From NCBI RefSeq assembly GCF_009914755.1, contig NC_060942.1: DNA of 64,000 bases; one strand, written 5' to 3'. The translations under genes and the position numbers were made by a program. This stretch comes from the human T2T-CHM13v2.0 reference genome, Homo sapiens. The notes under the pieces are model-generated. The model was given only the letters and a program-made list of their open reading frames with translations, did no database searches and had not been told where the DNA came from. Positions 1-12,983 of the stretch are shown piece after piece (position 1 is the first letter of the stretch; the number at the start of each line of letters is the position of its first letter).

Positions 1-226
1 TTTGAAACACTCTTTTTTTAGTATATGGAAGTGGACATTTGGAGCGCTTTCAGGCCTACGTTGGAAAAGGAAATATCTTCCCATAACAACTAGACAGAAG
101 CATTCTCAGAAACTAGTTTCTGATGTATGTCCTCAACTAACACAGTTGAACATTTCTTTAGACAGAACAGTTTTGAAACTCTCTTTTTGTGGAATCTGCA
201 AGTGGCTATTTGGCTAGATTTGAGGA

Positions 227-243
227 TTTCGTTGGAAACGGGA
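227..243 (+). promoter_or_regulatory. CENP-B box (first of ~189, one per dimer)
   Basis: tttcgttggaaacggga matches the 17-bp CENP-B box core nTTCGnnnnAnnCGGGn. Variants in B/D (ttcgttggaagcggg), C (ttcgctggaagcggg) and E (ttcgtgggaaacggg) keep the core. Confidence 0.95.
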
Positions 244-393
244 TTACATATAAAAAGCAGACAGCAGCATTCTCAGAAAGTTCTTTGTGATGATTGCATT
301 CAAGTCACAGAATTGAACATTCCCATTCACAGAGCAGGTTTGAAACACTCTTTTTATAGTGTGTGTAAGTGGACATTTGGAGCACTTTCCGAC

Positions 394-410
394 CTAAGGT
401 GAAAAAGGAA
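394..410 (+). promoter_or_regulatory. pJalpha (A-box)-type motif in the alternate monomer
   Basis: ctaaggtgaaaaaggaa lies at the position homologous to the CENP-B box in every second monomer and resembles the pJalpha consensus CTAYGGTGRAAAAGGAA. Confidence 0.75.
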
Positions 411-2134
411 ATATCTTCCCATAAAAACTAGACAGAAGCATTCTCAGAAACTTACTCGTGATGTGTGTCCTCAACTAAAGGAGTAGAACCTTTCTTTTCA
501 TAGAGAAGTTTTGAAACGCTCTTTTTGTGGAATCTGCAAGTGGATATTTGGCTAGTTTGGAGGATTTCGTTGGAAGCGGGAATTCATACAAATTGCAGAC
601 TGCAGCGTTCTGAGAAACATCTTTGTGATGTTTGTATTCAGGACACAGAGTTGAACATTCCCTATCATAGAGCAGGTTGGAATCACTCCTTTTGTAGTAT
701 CTGGAAGTGGACATTTGGAGCGCTTTCAGGCCTATGTTGGAAAAGGAAATATCTTCCCATAACAACTAGACAGAAGCATTCTCAGAAACTTATTTGAGAT
801 GTGTGTACTCAACTAAGAGAATTGAACCACCGTTTTGAAGGAGCAGTTTTGAAACACTCTTTTTCTGGAATCTGCAAGTGGATATTTGGCTAGCTTTGGG
901 GATTTCGCTGGAAGCGGGAATACATATAAAAAGCACACAGCAGCGTTCTGAGAAACTGCTTTCTGATGTTTGCATTCAAGTCAAAAGTTGAACACTCCCT
1001 TTCATAGTGCAGTCTGAAACACTCCTTTTGTAGTATCTGGAACTGGACTTTTGGAGCGCTTTCAGGGCTAAGGTGAAAAAGGAAATATCTTCCCATAAAA
1101 ACTGGACAGAAGCATTCTCAGAAACTTGTTTATGCTGTATCTACTCAACTAACAAAGTTGAACCTTTCTTTTGATAGAGCAGTTTTGAAATGCTCTTTTT
1201 GTGGAATCTGCAAGTGGATATTTGGCTAGTTTTGAGGATTTCGTTGGAAGCGGGAATTCATACAAATTGCAGACTGCAGCGTTCTGAGAAACATCTTTGT
1301 GATGTTTGTATTCAGGACAGAGAGTTGAACATTCCCTATCATAGAGCAGGTTGGAATCACTCCTTTTGTAGTATCTGGAAGTGGACATTTGGAGCGCTTT
1401 CAGGCCTATGTTGAAAAAGGAAATATCTTCCCATAACAACTAGACACAAGCATTCTCAGAAACTTGTTTGTGATGTGTGCCCTCTACTGACAGAGTTGAA
1501 CCTTTCTTTTCATAGAGCAGTTTTGAAACACTCTTTTTGTAGAATCTGCAAGAGGATATTTGCATAGCTTTGAGGATTTCGTGGGAAACGGGATTGTCTT
1601 CAGGTAAAATCTAGACAGAAGCATTCTCAGAAACTTCTTTGGGATGTTTGCATTCAAGTCACAGAGTAGAACATTCCCTTTGGTAGAGCAGGTTTGAAAC
1701 ACTCTTTTTGTAGTATCTGGAAGTGGACATTTGGAGCGCTTTCAGGCCTATGTTGGAAAGGGAAATATCTTCCGGTAACAACTAGGCAGAAGCATTCTCA
1801 GAAACTTATTTGAGATGTGTGTACTCAACTAAGAGAATTGAACCACCGTTTTGAAGGAGCAGTTTTGAAACACTCTTTTTCTGGAATCTGCAAGAGGATA
1901 TTTGCCTAGCTTTGAGGATTTCGTTGGAAACGGGATTGTGTTCAGATCAAATCTAGACAGAAGCATTCTCAGAAACTTCTTTGGGATGTTTGCATTCAAG
2001 TCACAGAGTAGAACATTCCCTTTGGTAGAGCAGGTGTGAAACACTCTTTTTTTAGTATATGGAAGTGGACATTTGGAGCGCTTTCAGGCCTACGTTGGAA
2101 AAGGAAATATCTTCCCATAACAACTAGACAGAAG

Positions 2135-4844
2135 CATTCTCAGAAACTAGTTTCTGATGTGTGTCCTCAACTAACACAGTTGAACATTTCTTTAGACAGA
2201 ACAGTTTTGAAACTCTCTTTTTGTGGAATCTGCAAGTGGCTATTTGGCTAGATTTGAGGATTTCGTTGGAAACGGGATTACATATAAAAAGCAGACAGCA
2301 GCATTCTCAGAAAGTTCTTTGTGATGATTGCATTCAAGTCACAGAATTGAACATTCCCTTTCACAGAGCAGGTTTGAAACACTCTTTTTGTAGTGTGTGT
2401 AAGTGGACATTTGGAGCACTTTCCGGCCTAAGGTGAGAAAGGAAATATCTTCCCATAAAAACTAGACAGAAGCATTCTCAGAAACTTACTCGTGATGTGT
2501 GTCCTCAACTAAAGGAGTAGAACCTTTCTTTCATAGAGAAGTTTTGAAACGCTCTTTTTGTGGAATCTGCAAGTGGATATTTGGCTAGTTTGGAGGATTT
2601 CGTTGGAAGCGGGAATTCATACAAATTGCAGACTGCAGCGTTCTGAGAAACATCTTTGTGATGTTTGTATTCAGGACACAGAGTTGAACATTCCCTATCA
2701 TAGAGCAGGTTGGAATCACTCCTTTTGTAGTATCTGGAAGTGGACATTTGGAGCGCTTTCAGGCCTACGTTGGAAAAGGAAATATCTTCCCATAACAACT
2801 AGACAGAAGCATTCTCAGAAACTAGTTTCTGATGTGTGTCCTCAACTAACACAGTTGAACATTTCTGTAGACAGAACAGTTTTGAAACACTCTTTTTGTG
2901 GAATCTGCAAGTGGCTATTTGGCTAGATTTGAGGATTTCGTTGGAAACGGGATTACATATAAAAAGCAGACAGCAGCATTCTCAGAAAGTTCTTTGTGAT
3001 GATTGCATTCAAGTCACAGAATTGAACATTCCCTTTCACAGAGCAGGTTTGAAACACTCTTTTTGTAGTGTGTGTAAGTGGACATTTGGAGCACTTTCCG
3101 GCCTAAGGTGAAAAAGGAAATATCTTCCCATAAAAACTAGACAGAAGCACTCTCAGAAACTTACTCGTGATGTGTGTCCTCAACTAAAGGAGTAGAACCT
3201 TTCTTTTCATAGAGAAGTTTTGAAACGCTCTTTTTGTGGAATCTGCAAGTGGATATTTGGCTAGTTTGGAGGATTTCGTTGGAAGCGGGAATTCATACAA
3301 ATTGCAGACTGCAGCGTTCTGAGAAACATCTTTGTGATGTTTGTATTCAGGACACAGAGTTGAACATTCCCTATCATAGAGCAGGTTTGAATCACTCCTT
3401 TTGTAGTATCTGGAAGTGGACATTTGGAGCGCTTTCAGGCCTATGTTGGAAAAGGAAATATCTTCCCATAACAACTAGACAGAAGCATTCTCAGAAACTT
3501 ATTTGAGATGTGTGTACTCAACTAAGAGAATTGAACCACCGTTTTGAAGGAGCAGTTTTGAAACACTCTTTTCCTGGAATCTGCAAGTGGATATTTGGCT
3601 AGCTTTGGGGATTTCGCTGGAAGCGGGAATACATATAAAAAGCACACAGCAGCGTTCTGAGAAACTGCTTTCTGATGTTTGCATTCAAGTCAAAAGTTGA
3701 ACACTCCCTTTCATAGTGCAGTCCTGAAACACTCCTTTTGTAGTATCTGGAACTGGACTTTTGGAGCGCTTTCAGGGCTAAGGTGAAAAAGGAAATATCT
3801 TCCCATAAAAACTGGACAGAAGCATTCTCAGAAACTTGTTTATGCTGTATCTACTCAACTAACAAAGTTGAACCTTTCTTTTGATAGAGCAGTTTTGAAA
3901 TGCTCTTTTTGTGGAATCTGCAAGTGGATATTTGGCTAGTTTTGAGGATTTCGTTGGAAGCGGGAATTCATACAAATTGCAGACTGCAGCGTTCTGAGAA
4001 ACATCTTTGTGATGTTTGTATTCAGGACAGAGAGTTGAACATTCCCTATCATAGAGCAGGTTGGAATCACTCCTTTTGTAGTATCTGGAAGTGGACATTT
4101 GGAGCGCTTTCAGGCCTATGTTGAAAAAGGAAATATCTTCCCATAACAACTAGACACAAGCATTCTCAGAAACTTGTTTGTGATGTGTGCCCTCTACTGA
4201 CAGAGTTGAACCTTTCTTTTCATAGAGCAGTTTTGAAACACTCTTTTTGTAGAATCTGCAAGAGGATATTTGCATAGCTTTGAGGATTTCGTGGGAAACG
4301 GGATTGTCTTCAGGTAAAATCTAGACAGAAGCATTCTCAGAAACTTCTTTGGGATGTTTGCATTCAAGTCACAGAGTAGAACATTCCCTTTGGTAGAGCA
4401 GGTTTGAAACACTCTTTTTGTAGTATCTGGAAGTGGACATTTGGAGCGCTTTCAGGCCTATGTTGGAAAGGGAAATATCTTCCCGTAACAACTAGGCAGA
4501 AGCATTCTCAGAAACTTATTTGAGATGTGTGTACTCAACTAAGAGAATTGAACCACAGTTTTGAAGGAGCAGTTTTGAAACACTCTTTTTCTGGAATCTG
4601 CAAGAGGATATTTGCCTAGCCTTGAGGATTTCGTTGGAAACGGGATTGTCTTCAGATCAAATCTAGACAGAAGCATTCTCAGAAACTTCTTTGGGATGTT
4701 TGCATTCAAGTCACAGAGTAGAACATTCTCTTTGGTAGAGCAGGTTTGAAACACTCTTTTTTTAGTATATGGAAGTGGACATTTGGAGCGCTTTCAGGCC
4801 TACGTTGGAAAAGGAAATATCTTCCCATAACAACTAGACAGAAG
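2135..4844 (+). repeat. 16-mer HOR variant type 1 (A, B/F hybrid, then A-F), 2710 bp
   Basis: A starts at 2135 and again at 2810 (675 bp later). The first B ends with F-type ctacgttgg. Confidence 0.93.
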
Positions 4845-6541
4845 CATTCTCAGAAACTTACTCGTGATGTGTGTCCTCAACTAAAGGAGTAGAACCTTTC
4901 TTTTCATAGAGAAGTTTTGAAACGCTCTTTTTGTGGAATCTGCAAGTGGATATTTGGCTAGTTTGGAGGATTTCGTTGGAAGCGGGAATTCATACAAATT
5001 GCAGACTGCAGCGTTCTGAGAAACATCTTTGTGATGTTTGTATTCAGGACACAGAGTTGAACATTCCCTATCATAGAGCAGGTTGGAATCACTCCTTTTG
5101 TAGTATCTGGAAGTGGACATTTGGAGCGCTTTCAGGCCTATGTTGGAAAAGGAAATATCTTCCCATAACAACTAGACAGAAGCATTCTCAGAAACTTATT
5201 TGAGATGTGTGTACTCAACTAAGAGAATTGAACCACCGTTTTGAAGGAGCAGTTTTGAAACACTCTTTTTCTGGAATCTGCAAGTGGATATTTGGCTAGC
5301 TTTGGGGATTTCGCTGGAGGCGGGAATACATATAAAAAGCACACAGCAGCGTTCTGAGAAACTGCTTTCTGATGTTTGCATTCAAGTCAAAAGTTGAACA
5401 CTCCCTTTCATAGAGCAGTCCTGAAACACTCCTTTTGTAGTATCTGGAACTGGACTTTTGGAGCGCTTTCAGGGCTAAGGTGAAAAAGGAAATATCTTCC
5501 CATAAAAACTGGACAGAAGCATTCTCAGAAACTTGTTTATGCTGTATCTACTCAACTAACAAAGTTGAACCTTTCTTTTGATAGAGCAGTTTTGAAATGC
5601 TCTTTTTGTGGAATCTGCAAGTGGATATTTGGCTAGTTTTGAGGATTTCGTTGGAAGCGGGAATTCATAAAAATTGCAGACTGCAGCGTTCTGAGAAACA
5701 TCTTTGTGATGTTTGTATTCAGGACAGAGAGTTGAACATTCCCTATCATAGAGCAGGTTGGAATCACTCCTTTTGTAGTATCTGGAAGTGGACATTTGGA
5801 GCGCTTTCTGGCCTATGTTGAAAAAGGAAATATCTTCCCATAACAACTAGACACAAGCATTCTCAGAAACTTGTTTGTGATGTGTGCCCTCTACTGACAG
5901 AGTTGAACCTTTCTTTTCATAGAGCAGTTTTGAAACACTCTTTTTGTAGAATCTGCAAGAGGATATTTGCATAGCTTTGAGGATTTCGTGGGAAACGGGA
6001 TTGTCTTCAGGTAAAATCTAGACAGAAGCATTCTCAGAAACTTCTTTGGGATGTTTGCATTCAAGTCACAGAGTAGAACATTCCCTTTGGTAGAGCAGGT
6101 TTGAAACACTCTTTTTGTAGTATCTGGAAGGGGACATTTGGAGCGCTTTCAGGCCTATGTTGGAAAGGGAAATATCTTCCGGTAACAACTAGGCAGAAGC
6201 ATTCTCAGAAACTTATTTGAGATGTGTGTACTAAACTAAGAGAATTGAACCACCGTTTTGAAGGAGCAGTTTTGAAACACTCTTTTTCTGGAATCTGCAA
6301 GAGGATATTTGCCTAGCTTTGAGGATTTCGTTGGAAACGGGATTGTGTTCAGATCAAATCTAGACAGAAGCATTCTCAGAAACTTCTTTGGGATGTTTGC
6401 ATTCAAGTCACAGAGTAGAACATTCCCTTTGGTAGAGCAGGTGTGAAACACTCTTTTTTTAGTATATGGAAGTGGACATTTGGAGCGCTTTCAGGCCTAC
6501 GTTGGAAAACGAAATATCTTCCCATAACAACTAGACAGAAG
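4845..6541 (+). repeat. 10-mer HOR variant (B-F, dimer A absent), 1697 bp
   Basis: The F end is followed directly by cattctcagaaacttactcgtg (B) at 4845, and the A-derived ORFs are missing here. Confidence 0.93.
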
Positions 6542-8914
6542 CATTCTCAGAAACTAGTTTCTGATGTGTGTCCTCAACTAACACAGTTGAACATTTCTTT
6601 AGACAGAACAGTTTTGAAACTCTCTTTTTGTGGAATCTGCAAGTGGCTATTTGGCTAGATTTGAGGATTTCGTTGGAAACGGGATTACATATAAAAAGCA
6701 GACAGCAGCATTCTCAGAAAGTTCTTTGTGATGATTGCATTCAAGTGACAGAATTGAACATTCCCTTTCACAGAGCAGGTTTGAAACACTCTTTTTATAG
6801 TGTGTGTAAGTGGACATTTGGAGCACTTTCCGGCCTAAGGTGAAAAAGGAAATATCTTCCCATAAAAACTAGACAGAAGCATTCTCAGAAACTTACTCGT
6901 GATGTGTGTCCTCAACTAAAGGAGTAGAACCTTTCTTTTCATAGAGAAGTTTTGAAACGCTCTTTTTGTGGAATCTGCAAGTGGATATTTGGCTAGTTTG
7001 GAGGATTTCGTTGGAAGCGGGAATTCATACAAATTGCAGACTGCAGCGTTCTGAGAAACATCTTTGTGATGTTTGTATTCAGGACACAGAGTTGAACATT
7101 CCCTATCATAGAGCAGGTTGGAATCACTCCTTTTGTAGTATCTGGAAGTGGACATTTGGAGCGCTTTCAGGCCTATGTTGGAAAAGGAAATATCTTCCCA
7201 TAACAACTAGACAGAAGCATTCTCAGAAACTTATTTGAGATGTGTGTACTCAACTAAGAGAATTGAACCACCGTTTTGAAGGAGCAGTTTTGAAACACTC
7301 TTTTTCTGGAATCTGCAAGTGGATATTTGGCTAGCTTTGGGGATTTCGCTGGAGGCGGGAATACATATAAAAAGCACACAGCAGCGTTCTGAGAAACTGC
7401 TTTCTGATGTTTGCATTCAAGTCAAAAGTTGAACACTCCCTTTCATAGAGCAGTCCTGAAACACTCCTTTTGTAGTATCTGGAACTGGACTTTTGGAGCG
7501 CTTTCAGGGCTAAGGTGAAAAAGGAAATATCTTCCCATAAAAACTGGACAGAAGCATTCTCAGAAACTTGTTTATGCTGTATCTACTCAACTAACAAAGT
7601 TGAACCTTTCTTTTGATAGAGCAGTTTTGAAATGCTCTTTTTGTGGAATCTGCAAGTGGATATTTGGCTAGTTTTGAGGATTTCGCTGGAAGCGGGAATT
7701 CATACAAATTGCAGACTGCAGCGTTCTGAGAAACATCTTTGTGATGTTTGTATTCAGGACAGAGAGTTGAACATTCCCTATCATAGAGCAGGTTGGAATC
7801 ACTCCTTTTGTAGTATCTGGAAGTGGACATTTGGAGCGCTTTCTGGCCTATGTTGAAAAAGGAAATATCTTCCCATAACAACTAGACACAAGCATTCTCA
7901 GAAACTTGTTTGTGATGTGTGCCCTCTACTGACAGAGTTGAACCTTTCTTTTCATAGAGCAGTTTTGAAATGCTCTTTTTGTGGAATCTGCAAGTGGATA
8001 TTTGGCTAGTTTTGAGGATTTCGTTGGAAGCGGGAATTCATACAAATTGCAGACTGCAGCGTTCTGAGAAACATCTTTGTGATGTTTGTATTCAGGACAG
8101 AGAGTTGAACATTCCCTATCATAGAGCAGGTTGGAATCACTCCTTTTGTAGTATCTGGAAGTGGACATTTGGAGCGCTTTCAGGCCTATGTTGAAAAAGG
8201 AAATATCTTCCCATAACAACTAGACACAAGCATTCTCAGAAACTTGTTTGTGATGTGTGCCCACTACTGACAGAGTTGAACCTTTCTTTTCATAGAGCAG
8301 TTTTGAAACACTCTTTTTGTAGAATCTGCAAGAGGATATTTGCATAGCTTTGAGGATTTCGTGGGAAACGGGATTGTCTTCAGGTAAAATCTAGACAGAA
8401 GCATTCTCAGAAACTTCTTTGGGATGTTTGCATTCAAGTCACAGAGTAGAACATTCCCTTTGGTAGAGCAGGTTTGAAACACTCTTTTTGTAGTATCTGG
8501 AAGTGGACATTTGGAGCGCTTTCAGGCCTATGTTGGAAAGGGAAATATCTTCCCGTAACAACTAGGCAGAAGCATTCTCAGAAACTTATTTGAGATGTGT
8601 GTACTCAACTAAGAGAATTGAACCACCGTTTTGAAGGAGCAGTTTTGAAACACTCTTTTTCTGGAATCTGCAAGAGGATATTTGCCTAGCCTTGAGGATT
8701 TCGTTGGAAACGGGATTGTCTTCAGATCAAATCTAGACAGAAGCATTCTCAGAAACTTCTTTGGGATGTTTGCATTCAAGTCACAGAGTAGAACATTCCC
8801 TTTGGTAGAGCAGGTTTGAAACACTCTTTTTTTAGTATATGGAAGTGGACATTTGGAGCGCTTTCAGGCCTACGTTGGAAAAGGAAATATCTTCCCATAA
8901 CAACTAGACAGAAG
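6542..8914 (+). repeat. 14-mer HOR variant (A B C D E/D E F), 2373 bp
   Basis: An extra hybrid dimer at 7893-8230 starts as E and switches to D at about 7955-7970 (gaaatgctc). Confidence 0.93.
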
Positions 8915-11900
8915 CATTCTCAGAAACTAGTTTCTGATGTGTGTCCTCAACTAACACAGTTGAACATTTCTTTAGACAGAACAGTTTTGAAACTCTCTTT
9001 TTGTGGAATCTGCAAGTGGCTATTTGGCTAGATTTGAGGATTTCGTTGGAAACGGGATTACATATAAAAAGCAGACAGCAGCATTCTCAGAAAGTTCTTT
9101 GTGATGATTGCATTCAAGTCACAGAATTGAACATTCCCTTTCACAGAGCAGGTTTGAAACACTCTTTTTATAGTGTGTGTAAGTGGACATTTGGAGCACT
9201 TTCCGGCCTAAGGTGAAAAAGGAAATATCTTCCCATAAAAACTAGACAGAAGCATTCTCAGAAACTTACTCGTGATGTGTGTCCTCAACTAAAGGAGTAG
9301 AACCTTTCTTTTCATAGAGAAGTTTTGAAACGCTCTTTTTGTGGAATCTGCAAGTGGATATTTGGCTAGTTTGGAGGATTTCGTTGGAAGCGGGAATTCA
9401 TACAAATTGCAGACTGCAGCGTTCTGAGAAACATCTTTGTGATGTTTGTATTCAGGACACAGAGTTGAACATTCCCTATCATAGAGCAGGTTGGAATCAC
9501 TCCTTTTGTAGTATCTGGAAGTGGACATTTGGAGCGCTTTCAGGCCTATGTTGGAAAAGGAAATATCTTCCCATAACAACTAGACAGAAGCATTCTCAGA
9601 AACTTATTTGAGATGTGTGTACTCAACTAAGAGAATTGAACCACCGTTTTGAAGGAGCAGTTTTGAAACACTCTTTTTCTGGAATCTGCAAGTGGATATT
9701 TGGCTAGCTTTGGGGATTTCGCTGGAGGCGGGAATACATATAAAAAGCACACAGCAGCGTTCTGAGAAACTGCTTTCTGATGTTTGCATTCAAGTCAAAA
9801 GTTGAACACTCCCTTTCATAGAGCAGTCCTGAAACACTCCTTTTGTAGTATCTGGAACTGGACTTTTGGAGCGCTTTCAGGGCTAAGGTGAAAAAGGAAA
9901 TATCTTCCCATAAAAACTGGACAGAAGCATTCTCAGAAACTTGTTTATGCTGTATCTACTCAACTAACAAAGTTGAACCTTTCTTTTGATAGAGCAGTTT
10001 TGAAATGCTCTTTTTGTGGAATCTGCAAGTGGATATTTGGCTAGTTTTGAGGATTTCGTTGGAAGCGGGAATTCATACAAATTGCAGACTGCAGCGTTCT
10101 GAGAAACATCTTTGTGATGTTTGTATTCAGGACAGAGAGTTGAACATTCCCTATCATAGAGCAGGTTGGAATCACTCCTTTTGTAGTATCTGGAAGTGGA
10201 CATTTGGAGCGCTTTCTGGCCTATGTTGAAAAAGGAAATATCTTCCCATAACAACTAGACACAAGCATTCTCAGAAACTTGTTTGTGATGTGTGCCCTCT
10301 ACTGACAGAGTTGAACCTTTCTTTTCATAGAGCAGTTTTGAAACACTCTTTTTGTAGAATCTGCAAGAGGATATTTGCATAGCTTTGAGGATTTCGTGGG
10401 AAACGGGATTGTCTTCAGGTAAAATCTAGACAGAAGCATTCTCAGAAACTTCTTTGGGATGTTTGCATTCAAGTCACAGAGTAGAACATTCCCTTTGGTA
10501 GAGCAGGTTTGAAACACTCTTTTTGTAGTATCTGGAAGGGGACATTTGGAGCGCTTTCAGGTCTATGTTGGAAAGGGAAATATCTTCCGGTAACAACTAG
10601 GCAGAAGCATTCTCAGAAACTTATTTGAGATGTGTGTACTCAACTAAGAGAATTGAACCACCGTTTTGAAGGAGCAGTTTTGAAACACTCTTTTTCTGGA
10701 ATCTGCAAGAGGATATTTGCCTAGCTTTGAGGATTTCGTTGGAAACGGGATTGTGTTCAGATCAAATCTAGACAGAAGCATTCTCAGAAACTTCTTTGGG
10801 ATGTTTGCATTCAAGTCACAGAGTAGAACATTCCCTTTGGTAGAGCAGGTGTGAAACACTCTTTTTTTAGTATATGGAAGTGGACATTTGGAGCGCTTTC
10901 AGGCCTACGTTGGAAAAGGAAATATCTTCCCATAACAACTAGACAGAAGCATTCTCAGAAACTAGTTTCTGATGTGTGTCCTCAACTAACACAGTTGAAC
11001 ATTTCTTTAGACAGAACAGTTTTGAAACTCTCTTTTTGTGGAATCTGCAAGTGGCTATTTGGCTAGATTTGAGGATTTCGTTGGAAACGGGATTACATAT
11101 AAAAAGCAGACAGCAGCATTCTCAGAAAGTTCTTTGTGATGATTGCATTCAAGTCACAGAATTGAACATTCCCTTTCACAGAGCAGGTTTGAAACACTCT
11201 TTTTGTAGTGTGTGTAAGTGGACATTTGGAGCACTTTCCGGCCTAAGGTGAGAAAGGAAATATCTTCCCATAAAAACTAGACAGAAGCATTCTCAGAAAC
11301 TTACTCGTGATGTGTGTCCTCAACTAAAGGAGTAGAACCTTTCTTTCATAGAGAAGTTTTGAAACGCTCTTTTTGTGGAATCTGCAAGTGGATATTTGGC
11401 TAGTTTGGAGGATTTCGTTGGAAGCGGGAATTCATACAAATTGCAGACTGCAGCGTTCTGAGAAACATCTTTGTGATGTTTGTATTCAGGACACAGAGTT
11501 GAACATTCCCTATCATAGAGCAGGTTTGAATCACTCCTTTTGTAGTATCTGGAAGTGGACATTTGCAGCGCTTTCAGGCCTATGTTGGAAAAGGAAATAT
11601 CTTCCCATAACAACTAGACAGAAGCATTCTCAGAAACTTATTTGAGATGTGTGTACTCAACTAAGAGAATTGAACCACCGTTTTGAAGGAGCAGTTTTGA
11701 AACACTCTTTTCCTGGAATCTGCAAGTGGATATTTGGCTAGCTTTGGGGATTTCGCTGGAAGCGGGAATACATATAAAAAGCACACAGCAGCGTTCTGAG
11801 AAACTGCTTTCTGATGTTTGCATTCAAGTCAAAAGTTGAACACTCCCTTTCATAGAGCAGTCCTGAAACACTCCTTTTGTAGTATCTGGAACTGGACTTT

Positions 11901-12983
11901 TGGAGCGCTTTCAGGGCTAAGGTGAAAAAGGAAATATCTTCCCATAAAAACTGGACAGAAGCATTCTCAGAAACTTGTTTATGCTGTATCTACTCAACTA
12001 ACAAAGTTGAACCTTTCTTTTGATAGAGCAGTTTTGAAATGCTCTTTTTGTGGAATCTGCAAGTGGATATTTGGCTAGTTTTGAGGATTTCGTTGGAAGC
12101 GGGAATTCATACAAATTGCAGACTGCAGCGTTCTGAGAAACATCTTTGTGATGTTTGTATTCAGGACAGAGAGTTGAACATTCCCTATCATAGAGCAGGT
12201 TGGAATCACTCCTTTTGTAGTATCTGGAAGTGGACATTTGGAGCGCTTTCAGGCCTATGTTGAAAAAGGAAATATCTTCCCATAACAACTAGACACAAGC
12301 ATTCTCAGAAACTTGTTTGTGATGTGTGCCCTCTACTGACAGAGTTGAACCTTTCTTTTCATAGAGCAGTTTTGAAACACTCTTTTTGTAGAATCTGCAA
12401 GAGGATATTTGCATAGCTTTGAGGATTTCGTGGGAAACGGGATTGTCTTCAGGTAAAATCTAGACAGAAGCATTCTCAGAAACTTCTTTGGGATGTTTGC
12501 ATTCAAGTCACAGAGTAGAACATTCCCTTTGGTAGAGCAGGTTTGAAACACTCTTTTTGTAGTATCTGGAAGTGGACATTTGGAGCGCTTTCAGGCCTAT
12601 GTTGGAAAGGGAAATATCTTCCCGTAACAACTAGGCAGAAGCATTCTCAGAAACTTATTTGAGATGTGTGTACTCAACTAAGAGAATTGAACCACCGTTT
12701 TGAAGGAGCAGTTTTGAAACACTCTTTTTCTGGAATCTGCAAGAGGATATTTGCCTAGCCTTGAGGATTTCGTTGGAAACGGGATTGTCTTCAGATCAAA
12801 TCTAGACAGAAGCATTCTCAGAAACTTCTTTGGGATGTTTGCATTCAAGTCACAGAGTAGAACATTCCCTTTGGTAGAGCAGGTTTGAAACACTCTTTTT
12901 TTAGTATATGGAAGTGGACATTTGGAGCGCTTTCAGGCCTACGTTGGAAAAGGAAATATCTTCCCATAACAACTAGACAGAAG
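8915..12983 (+). repeat. Two 12-mer HORs (8915, 10950)
   Basis: Spacing 2035 and 2034 bp, order A-F. Confidence 0.92.

Larger units (their letters stand above)
101..2134 (+). repeat. Reference 12-mer HOR unit: dimers A(101) B(439) C(777) D(1113) E(1451) F(1793)
   Basis: Each dimer begins cattctcagaaact followed by a diagnostic: A agtttctgatg, B tactcgtgatg, C tatttgag..gctttgggg, D tgtttatgctg, E tgtttgtgatgtgtgccc, F tatttgag..gcctagc. This copy has a 1-bp deletion in C (gcagtctg), giving 2034 bp. Confidence 0.95.

Noticed and set aside
103-111. Short dyad ttctcagaa / ttctgagaa (TTCnnnGAA, STAT/HSF-like) at monomer starts
   Set aside because: It is a general alpha-satellite consensus feature, and nothing in this sequence supports a specific regulatory role.
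101-2134. Assignment to the X-chromosome 12-mer DXZ1
   Set aside because: DXZ1 is pentameric-derived (SF3, ~2057 bp), whereas this HOR is strictly dimeric with a CENP-B box in every second monomer and is 2035 bp.
2558-2926. Longest ORF (122 aa), recurring six times
   Set aside because: It is a read-through created by the B/F hybrid junction of the type-1 16-mer. It is useful as a marker but is not evidence of a gene.
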